Source: Microcystis aeruginosa NIES-2549
GTDB taxonomy: Bacteria > Cyanobacteriota > Cyanobacteriia > Cyanobacteriales > Microcystaceae
Length of the DNA: 32,000 nt
Assembly: GCF_000981785.2 (NCBI RefSeq)
Contig: NZ_CP011304.1
Coordinates: 4,170,001 to 4,202,000, forward strand
Direction of reading: 5' to 3'
Part shown: piece after piece, positions 9,001-15,237 of the stretch
Numbering within the stretch: the first letter of the stretch is position 1
How the letters are laid out: each line of letters opens with the position of its first letter
Notes under the pieces: generated by a model
The model's input: the letters and a program-made list of their open reading frames with translations, nothing else
What the model was told of the DNA's origin: nothing
Database searches by the model: none
Position numbers and translations under genes: made by a program

Positions 9001-9711
9001 GTCAGTAATTTTTATTCCTAACTCAACCATAGTTGTCATTGAACGCTGGAAGTCTTGAGTTAAAGAAGCTAGAGATTGAGTTGATTGGTTTAACTCAGAC
9101 TGTAAGCTTTCCTTGACTTGAGTAAGTTGCTCTGTCACTGTATCAATTAACTGAGACAGGTTAGCATTAGTCACATCGAGATTATTGCTAGAGCGCTCAA
9201 TCCCATGGGAAGCTGTGAGGATTTTATCGGAGGTTTGGGAGAGTCTTTCATCGAGACTATTGATAAGTTGGTTTCCTAATTGTTTCGACTCGGAGTTAAA
9301 ACTGTATTGATAGGTTTTCACGGTTTCGATTAATTTTACTAATTCTCCCTGAATGTTGGATAACTTTTCTTGTTCGGTGACTGAGCGTTGCTGATTTTGT
9401 TCTAGGATTTTCTCAGATTTTTGATTCAAGTCAGTAATTTTTATTCCTAACTCAACCATAGTTGTCATTGAACGCTGGAAGTCTTGAGTTAAAGAAGCTA
9501 GAGATTGAGTTGATTGGTTTAACTCAGACTGTAAGCTTTCCTTGACTTGAGTAAGTTGCTCTGTCACTGTATCAATATTATTACTTAAGCGGTTGACTTT
9601 TTTGGTTGACTCTTGGAGATGTTTATAGAGAGCAATTAAGACGGTGGGAAAAATAACCAAGACTAGAATTAAAAGAATCAGATAGGGAGGAAAAAGGTTA
9701 AGTAATGCCAT
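6001..9711 (-). CDS. Giant single-pass membrane coiled-coil protein made of near-identical tandem modules; its N-terminus is paralogous to the MotA-like gene at 10430-11974
   Basis: 1236-aa uninterrupted ORF. The N-terminal TM MALLNLFPPYLILLILVLVIFPTVLIALYKHLQ is about 90% identical to that of the 541-aa ORF. It is followed by 8 modules of 143/101 aa and a unique C-terminal 230 aa with 3x ETIPNP(P/T)QKDV. The MotA channel helices are absent. Confidence 0.7.
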   Translation of the reverse strand: MALLNLFPPYLILLILVLVIFPTVLIALYKHLQESTKKVNRLSNNIDTVTEQLTQVKESLQSELNQSTQSLASLTQDFQRSMTTMVELGIKITDLNQKSEKILEQNQQRSVTEQEKLSNIQGELVKLIETVKTYQYSFNSESKQLGNQLINSLDERLSQTSDKILTASHGIERSSNNLDVTNANLSQLIDTVTEQLTQVKESLQSELNQSTQSLASLTQDFQRSMTTMVELGIKITDLNQKSEKILEQNQQRSVTEQEKLSNIQGELVKLIETVKTYQDSFNSESKQLGNQLINSLDERLSQTSDKILTASHGIERSSNNLDVTNANLSQLIDTVTEQVTQVKESLQSELNQSTQSLASLTQDFQRSMTTMVELGIKITDLNQKSEKILEQNQQRSVTEQEKLSNIQGELVKLIETVKTYQDSFNSESKQLGNQLINSLDERLSQTSDKILTASHGIERSSNNLDVTNANLSQLIDTVTEQLTQVSEKILEQNQQRSVTEQEKLSNIQGELVKLIETVKTYQDSFNSESKQLGNQLINSLDERLSQTSDKILTASHGIERSSNNPDVTNANLSQLIDTVTEQVTQVKESLQSELNQSTQSLASLTQDFQRSMTTMVELGIKITDLNQKSETILEQNQQRLVTEQEKLSNIQGELVKLIETVKTYQDSFNSESKQLGNQLINRLEQRLSQTSDKILTASHGIERSSNNLDVTNANLSQLIDTVTEQLTQVSEKILEQNQQRSVTEQEKLSNIQGELVKLIETVKTYQDSFNSESKQLGNQLINSLDERLSQTSDKILTASHGIERSSNNLDVTNANLSQLIDTVTEQLTQVSEKILEQNQQRSVTEQEKLSNIQGELVKLIETVKTYQDSFNSESKQLGNQLINSLDERLSQTSDKILTASHGIERSSNNLDVTNANLSQLIDTVTEQLTQVSEKILEQNQQRSVTEQEKLSNIQGELVKLIETVKTYQDSFNSESKQLGNQLINSLDERLSQTSDKILTASHGIERSSNNLDVTNANLSQLIDTVTEQLTQVKESLQSELNLLSNNLGMVVDDKLTKNSEQLKAVSQSIEKTANQFGSLKSDFSQVIDAVNTNTSQLTANLESLRDKLEKVIAKENKSNQKMIEHIYGEIQKCLAELEKINDMRSDFSNLNNKMEELKELFETIPNPPQKDVQDDIYKLNKKLEELKNLFETIPNPTQKDVQSEFSNLKDKIEKLCETIPNPPQKDVLDDINTLFE
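6031..6235. repeat. Three copies of a 34-nt box (encodes the ETIPNPPQKDV motif) at the 3' end of the giant gene
   Basis: aacatctttttgag(g/t)aggattagggattgtctca starts at 6031, 6109 and 6196 (spacing 78 and 87 nt). Confidence 0.75.
6590..9575. repeat. In-frame tandem array: 8 units of 303 nt or 429 nt, nearly identical
   Basis: The anchor GACTTGAGTAA(G/C)TTGCTCTGTCACTG occurs at 6616, 6919, 7222, 7525, 7954, 8257, 8686, 9115 and 9544. Spacings are 303,303,303,429,303,429,429,429 nt. Confidence 0.9.
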
Positions 9712-9895
9712 GATAGTTATTGGATACCTCGAATTGTGGTTGATAGAGAGAGTTGGGGGTGAATGTTTCCTCAGATAGCTGGGGAAACATCATTAAGATT
9801 AATAAATTTTATCATTCATCAGTAGTGCTAACCTCTCCGGGTAAACTGGGTTGACTACTGTTATTGTTTGTTCCCAGTAAAGTTTGTTGCTTTTT
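9585..9895. repeat. Segmental duplicate (copy 2) of 11831-12158: the 5' end of the MotA-like gene, the spacer and the last 28 codons of the tubulin-like gene
   Basis: By eye it aligns at roughly 90-95% identity with 11831-12158. Differences include a 15-nt indel and a G5 versus G7 run. Confidence 0.85.
9812..9895 (-). pseudogene. Remnant of the 3' end of the tubulin-like gene (last ~28 codons plus stop)
   Basis: The reverse complement reads ...QQTLLGTNNNSSQPSLPGEVSTTDE*, matching the C-terminus of the 12077-15220 product (…LLGTNNNSSQPSLPAEVSTTDE*). Confidence 0.8.
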
Positions 9896-9909
9896 CAACG
9901 ATTAAACCC

Positions 9910-10419
9910 ATGATTGCTTTATATAGCTATAATAATCTCACTCCAGAAGAATATCTTCAGTTTGAAGAAACCAGTCTCATTAAACATGAATATATCGATG
10001 GACAAGTTTACGCCATGGCAGGGACGACGGATACTCATAATATTGTTTTGGGGAATATATACACAATTATTTGTAATCATTTGCGGGGGTCCGATTGTCG
10101 GGTTTATTTTGCCGATGTGAAAGTCAGATTAGAGAAACGCAATCACTTTTATTATCCTGATATTATTGTCACCTGCGATGACAGAGATAGAGAAACCGCT
10201 ACCTACAAAAGTTTTCCTAAATTGATTGTTGAAGTTCTCTCCGATTCTACAGAAGCTTTTGACAGGGGGGATAAATTTAATAATTATCAAACTCTAGAAA
10301 GTTTAGAGGAATATGTCTTAGTGAATAGTAAACACCAACGAGTGGAAACTTTTCGACGGGGTGAACAGGGTTTATGGATTCTGCCGATTTATCTTCATCT
10401 CGGTAGTAGGTACGTCTAG
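9910..10419 (+). pseudogene. 3'-truncated second copy of the Uma2 endonuclease gene, fused to antisense MotB-like sequence
   Basis: 9910-10384 parallels 4742-5216, with the protein identical except around residues 45-55. After ...GEQGLWIL the frame runs into the reverse complement of the MotB-like start (PIYLHLGSRYV*). The TTG-initiated extension from 9868 in the ORF track is tubulin-remnant sequence. Confidence 0.75.
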
Positions 10420-10423
10420 ACAT
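10385..10423 (-). pseudogene. 13-codon 5' remnant of a MotB/OmpA-like gene
   Basis: The reverse complement encodes MSRRTYYRDEDKS, identical to 5940-5978. Its ATG lies 6 nt after the stop of the MotA-like gene. The rest of the gene is deleted. Confidence 0.8.
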
Positions 10424-10429
10424 AGTTAC

Positions 10430-11974
10430 TTAGAATGGTTTTTTGATACTATCAGATACTTGATTGATTTCTTTTTCCATCTCAGATAAAAAAGAATTTT
10501 TCTGTTGATTGCTAAGGTTAATAATTTGGTTTAAGATGGCTTGTATATCTCTGAGATAACTGACTGTTTGCTGACTTTTCTCAGCAATAATTTCTCCTTG
10601 ATAATTATTACGGCCAACTTCTTGAGAAATTAATCGACTTAACCGGTCACCTAAAGCAGTTAATTGGTCTGAGTTATTGTTAATATTGTGAGTAGTTTCT
10701 AATAAGTTGTTTTGGATTGACTGAAGAGAAATAAGTAGTTGTTCAGTCCTTTCATTGAGAACAATGTTTAAATTTTGACTTTCTTTACGAATTGATAGAG
10801 AAGACTGTCCTAAATTTTTAATTTCCGCTTCTACGCTTACCAAGCTTTTGAAAGTATTATGAACATTATCTGTTGCTTGACTCATCAATTTAGTTAAACT
10901 ATCTATATGTTCCACTGTTAGACATAACTTAGCATGAGTAGAATATAACTTTTCAGAAGTTGCGACTAAATTATCAGTAACTTGACTATTAACTAATTTA
11001 TCAACTGTCGATTTAAAGTTACTAATGCAGTTATCCAAACTCTGACCATATTTAACAAAGTTTTCGTGGTGAATTGCTTTATATAATTTGTTGACATTTT
11101 CTTCAAAACTATTGGTAGAACTCTTAAAAGTCGTCGCACCGGTAGATAAAGTTCCTGCGGTTTCAGTTAATCTTTCACAAACCTGAGTGACTAATTTAGC
11201 AGTTTCCTGATTACCATCATCAATTTTTTTAGCAACTTTCTCTAAAGAAGATTCTAATACTCTCGTCACCTCATTATGAAAGTTAGTCAGAAATGCTTGC
11301 TGTGTATCCACCATGCGATTAACCGCTTTATCCAAGCGACTATTCCCTTCTACAGTCGGCTGCAAGATATTATCTAAATAGTCTTCTAGGGAACTAATTA
11401 GATTTACTTTAGCAAGGTTGGTATTAAAGATTAAGTTAATCACAGTCAGCAAAGAACTACAAGCTAAACCAATTAAGCTAGTGATAAAAGCAATCCCCAT
11501 GCTTTCTAGGGGAGTTTTGAGCTTTTCTCCTAAACTTTGCAAATCGACATTATTAATATCGATAAGTGTGCTGATTCCCGTCAGATTGAGAGTAATTCCG
11601 AAGAAAGTTCCCAACAAACCAAAAGCGAGGAGGAGATTGGGTAACACTCTTACAAAATAATCCCATTTTTCGCAACTGAGAGATTTAGACATGAAAGTAA
11701 ATTGTTCTTCATGGTATAAACCATCTACCAAAGCTGCGGTATTAACATCATCTAGTTGACTACTGGCTATCTTAAATCTATTCTCTAGATTAGAGATAAT
11801 TTTAGGTTGAACCCCGCGACTTTCTCCCCGAATTAAGCGCTTGACTTTTGCAGTTGAATCTTGGAGATGTTTATAGAGAGTCATCCGGATTCTCACAGCT
11901 AAGACGGTGGGAAAAATAACCAAGACTAGAGTTAAAACAATCAGATAGGGGGGAAAAAGGTTAAGTAATGCCAT
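10430..11974 (-). CDS. MotA/TolQ/ExbB-family proton-channel protein with a ~330-aa C-terminal coiled-coil tail (ZorA-like architecture)
   Basis: TM1 is LFPPYLIVLTLVLVIFPTVL. The channel signature is LLLAFGLLGTFFGITLNL ... SMGIAFITSLIGLACSSLLTVINLIF (compare ExbB/TolQ GLFGTVWGI ... GIAEALIATAIGL). A long heptad-rich tail follows. I chose the start at MALLNLF (11974) because the paralogue at 9711 starts there; the ORF is also open to 12055. Confidence 0.75.
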   Translation of the reverse strand: MALLNLFPPYLIVLTLVLVIFPTVLAVRIRMTLYKHLQDSTAKVKRLIRGESRGVQPKIISNLENRFKIASSQLDDVNTAALVDGLYHEEQFTFMSKSLSCEKWDYFVRVLPNLLLAFGLLGTFFGITLNLTGISTLIDINNVDLQSLGEKLKTPLESMGIAFITSLIGLACSSLLTVINLIFNTNLAKVNLISSLEDYLDNILQPTVEGNSRLDKAVNRMVDTQQAFLTNFHNEVTRVLESSLEKVAKKIDDGNQETAKLVTQVCERLTETAGTLSTGATTFKSSTNSFEENVNKLYKAIHHENFVKYGQSLDNCISNFKSTVDKLVNSQVTDNLVATSEKLYSTHAKLCLTVEHIDSLTKLMSQATDNVHNTFKSLVSVEAEIKNLGQSSLSIRKESQNLNIVLNERTEQLLISLQSIQNNLLETTHNINNNSDQLTALGDRLSRLISQEVGRNNYQGEIIAEKSQQTVSYLRDIQAILNQIINLSNQQKNSFLSEMEKEINQVSDSIKKPF

Positions 11975-12158
11975 GATAGTTATTGGATACCTCGAATTGT
12001 GGTTGATAGAGAGAGTTGGGGGGGTGAATGTTTCCTGAGATAGCTGGGGAAACATTATTAAGATTGCTCAATTTTATCATTCATCAGTAGTGCTAACCTC
12101 TGCGGGTAAACTGGGTTGACTACTGTTATTATTTGTTCCCAGTAAACTTTGTTGCTTT
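11831..12158. repeat. Segmental duplicate (copy 1) matching 9585-9895
   Basis: See 9585-9895. It spans the tubulin-like stop (12077), the spacer and the first ~45 codons of the MotA-like gene. Confidence 0.85.
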
Positions 12159-15100
12159 TGCTGTTGTTTTTCGAGTTTTTTCTGTTCACCAGTACGTTTT
12201 TCTAGTTCCATTTTCAGTTGATTAACAAAACGGGTGATAATTCCTTCTTTTGCCTCCTGTTGAGTATTTCCATCTTGTCCAGCTACCTTATCTTTGTAGC
12301 GATAATTGGGGTGATAGGAGGGTAAATTTTTGACATTGTTGACAAAATAGCTGACGTTCTGGAAATAATCACCCTCGTTAGTAAATAATAGGGTAGGATT
12401 AGCCAAAATCTCATTTTTTGCCTGATTAAGCAGTATCTGCAAAGCATTAATCATGTCATTACGAGAAGCAAATTGTTCTAAGGCAAGTCGCCAATTACCG
12501 CTAATGTCAATGATGGACTTATTGTTAAATAAATCGCCTTCGATGACTAATTGATAAGTATCATCTTCCTCATCGTATTCTAGTAAACCGAGAGCAATTG
12601 CGGGATAGAAAATAAACTCTAATTCCTCAATTAATTTGGCAGGTGGTGGAATAATATCAGCAAAATCTATCCTGTAATCATTGTGTAAAATGCTGATTCT
12701 TTTTTGGTCTTGATAGATTTGTTGCAACCCAGATAAATCAGTAATGATTCTTAGGGGAAACCCACCAAACTCGTAGGTAATTAGGATTTCTTCGTCGGTT
12801 TGAATTGATTTAAAAGAAGTTCCCTTAATATTTAAATCAGATTCAAGAGTCTTCATAAATCTTTGCATGGTGGGTGAATTATCATCCTTAGTCCCAATTA
12901 GTAATGCTTTATCTGTATGCAAGCGATAGTAAGCATCATTAACATTTATCGGTAACATTAAATCAGCTTCTCGCAGAATTTGCGCCAAGCGTTCAGGAAA
13001 ATCATGGGGTTTATATTGACCCATAAATCGCTTAATTACTGCATCAATTTTATTAGTGCTTACTGATTGAAACTGTTTCTCGATTGTAGCTGTTAGAGTC
13101 TCTTTGAGAGTCTCATTATCAATAACAAAAGATTGGCTAAATAAACTGAATAGGGAAGCATTATAGCCTAAATTATTGGTGACTTTTTGGCTAACGGAAA
13201 TGTATTGAGTTCGGGAGTTACTGTCCGGGATACAGTTATCAATATTCTCCTCTGGAAAAATACCTTCCCCAGTCATCTCGTCGAGATTTAACTGCATTAA
13301 CTCCTGTTCGTATTTATCGTATTCTGTGATTAGCTGATATAGGGATTCTTTCAGTTGTTGTATCTGCAGCATTCGACTGGAAATATGCTTGAGAATCGCT
13401 TCAACAATCTTTCTAGATTCGCGATTGATACTGAAATTAAAGTTCTGCTGAATTAATTTTTGTCCGCTTTGAACGTAGTCTCTTAACTCAGCTTTGATTC
13501 TCTCACTATTGGCATTTTTATTGAACATCTTGAAGACAGACTTTTTCCCGTTTATATCTTCGAGAGTTTGTTTAACATTTCGCCAAATGTTATCAATTTT
13601 TTCCGAGGAATGAAACCCTTTATTATCCTGAGATAATTCCTCTAGATTCCCCTTGTAGGTATTAATCTGTACTTGTAAAGCGACCAAAAAAGATAGGCTA
13701 TTTTCCAAAGAAAATTCTAAGCTATCAGGATTAAGAAGAATCTCCAAAAATTGGTCAATATCTGACTTAAATTTTTCGATTAATTTAGGTTGAGTTTGTT
13801 GGGTCAGAGTTAACCAGATTCCACGACTGCTATCCGTTTCTCCCCCCTGTACTTTGCGAAACTCTTTTTCTAGGGATTGCTTGACGGTTTGGGGTAAATT
13901 CTCCAAATCTTGACTATTGGATATTTCTTCCTCTAGGGAATTTTTCCAAGAGGTTAAAGTCTTGGAAAAAGTTTTATTATTCTCTAGGGTTGCTTCTTCC
14001 AATCTGGCAGTAAAATAATCCTTATTACTTTGGGTACTCCAATTAGCTAGGAACTTACTTAATAACTCTTGTCCACTGGGACTTTGACCATATCCCTCTA
14101 ACCAAAATTTAATTAATTTGAGACTAAAACGATTGAGACCAATCTGCACAATTCGGTCGCGAGTAAAATAAATCCTCGCTAGTCCAAAGGACATATAACC
14201 TTGACACATCTGAAAAGGATGATTATCTTTACGAATCATCGGGTCTTTATAGTTATCCCGATTGCTTTTGATGGGGAGAGATAACTCATCGGCAAAATCC
14301 AAGAAAATCTTGTAAGCAATGACATTACATAATTTACCTTTGTTATTAATCCGGTAATCTCCCGCAGTGCGATTAGAAACTAAGTAGGCAAAATCAAAAG
14401 GAGAACGTTTTTCATCGATGTGGACGAAATTTTGTTTATCATAACAGGCTTGAAAGGAATTACTTTCATTGGTATAATGATCTAACTCTTTCAAAGCTGC
14501 ATAGGTATTAGCTCTCATAATTGCCCCATCACCATAAAGTTTAGGACTAATTACCAAATAACCAAAGGATGTATATTCGGCCGTTTGTTGTAAAATATGA
14601 CGCAAAGTGTAGGCCACATCGAGGAAAATACCGCTACCAGTTCCCCCACACAAAGAACCGACAACAAAGACATTTAAACCCTCTTGGACATTAAAACTTT
14701 GACCGTTAACTTTACCGCTAAACATAAAGGATTCATGACCAGAAGTTCGTCTTTCCGCTGCTTCAATTGCCTCCTGAATTTTTTGATAGTTATGGAAGAA
14801 AGCTAAACGACCGACGGGACGAATACCTCCCGCACCATTTTCAATGGCAGTTATTTGTTTTTTTAGTCTTGGGTCTAACCAGCTTTCAATATGGGAAAAG
14901 GGACTTTCAAAAAGGGTTTTGTGTTCAAGTTCATAGGTGAGATTGTTAACATCCTGAGCATTCATATTAATGAATACTCTTTCAGCAGCTGATAGAAGAA
15001 TTTCTTCTCCGTGATAGCTATTTCCTGTGGGTAAACCCGAACCATTGAAAGCGTTTTTGTCTGTGTCAATATGAACAAAACTGACAACGGGTAGGTTAGA

Positions 15101-15220
15101 TAACTTCCCATACTTATCAATAATAAAGCGACGAATTCTCATTAACACATCTCGACCAGTACCACCTAATCCGATGATAATTGTCCGTTTGATAGCGCGG
15201 GTTTGACTGGTGTTAGCCAT
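12077..15220 (-). CDS. Large tubulin/FtsZ-superfamily GTPase (Pfam Tubulin_2 / FtsZl-1-like) with a ~700-aa C-terminal extension
   Basis: 1047 aa. T1-type loop TIIIGLGGTGRDV at residues 13-25. Tubulin signature GGTGSG in VFVVGSLCGGTGSGIFLDVAY. The C-terminal two thirds are helical/coiled-coil and end in a Q/K-rich low-complexity tail. AGGAG lies about 10 nt upstream of the ATG. Confidence 0.8.
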   Translation of the reverse strand: MANTSQTRAIKRTIIIGLGGTGRDVLMRIRRFIIDKYGKLSNLPVVSFVHIDTDKNAFNGSGLPTGNSYHGEEILLSAAERVFINMNAQDVNNLTYELEHKTLFESPFSHIESWLDPRLKKQITAIENGAGGIRPVGRLAFFHNYQKIQEAIEAAERRTSGHESFMFSGKVNGQSFNVQEGLNVFVVGSLCGGTGSGIFLDVAYTLRHILQQTAEYTSFGYLVISPKLYGDGAIMRANTYAALKELDHYTNESNSFQACYDKQNFVHIDEKRSPFDFAYLVSNRTAGDYRINNKGKLCNVIAYKIFLDFADELSLPIKSNRDNYKDPMIRKDNHPFQMCQGYMSFGLARIYFTRDRIVQIGLNRFSLKLIKFWLEGYGQSPSGQELLSKFLANWSTQSNKDYFTARLEEATLENNKTFSKTLTSWKNSLEEEISNSQDLENLPQTVKQSLEKEFRKVQGGETDSSRGIWLTLTQQTQPKLIEKFKSDIDQFLEILLNPDSLEFSLENSLSFLVALQVQINTYKGNLEELSQDNKGFHSSEKIDNIWRNVKQTLEDINGKKSVFKMFNKNANSERIKAELRDYVQSGQKLIQQNFNFSINRESRKIVEAILKHISSRMLQIQQLKESLYQLITEYDKYEQELMQLNLDEMTGEGIFPEENIDNCIPDSNSRTQYISVSQKVTNNLGYNASLFSLFSQSFVIDNETLKETLTATIEKQFQSVSTNKIDAVIKRFMGQYKPHDFPERLAQILREADLMLPINVNDAYYRLHTDKALLIGTKDDNSPTMQRFMKTLESDLNIKGTSFKSIQTDEEILITYEFGGFPLRIITDLSGLQQIYQDQKRISILHNDYRIDFADIIPPPAKLIEELEFIFYPAIALGLLEYDEEDDTYQLVIEGDLFNNKSIIDISGNWRLALEQFASRNDMINALQILLNQAKNEILANPTLLFTNEGDYFQNVSYFVNNVKNLPSYHPNYRYKDKVAGQDGNTQQEAKEGIITRFVNQLKMELEKRTGEQKKLEKQQQKQQSLLGTNNNSSQPSLPAEVSTTDE

Positions 15221-15237
15221 GGTTTAAATCTCCTGAG

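Noticed and set aside
6590-9575. A regular repeat array that could be mistaken for a CRISPR array
   Set aside because: The units are 303/429 nt and directly abutting, with no unique spacers. They lie in frame inside a 1236-codon ORF, and no cas genes are present.
4742-10419. The duplicated Uma2 genes as a mobile element or IS
   Set aside because: There is no transposase or terminal inverted repeats. The duplication starts exactly at the ATG and is explained by the larger segmental duplication. Uma2 genes are simply abundant in cyanobacteria.
12018-12024. A G7 run (C7 on the coding strand), versus G5 in the duplicate at 9755-9759, as a possible slipped-strand phase-variation switch for the MotA-like gene
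   Set aside because: The tract is short and lies upstream of the more plausible start at 11974. The length difference only changes whether an upstream ATG (12055) is in frame. There is no evidence of variation from a single sequence.
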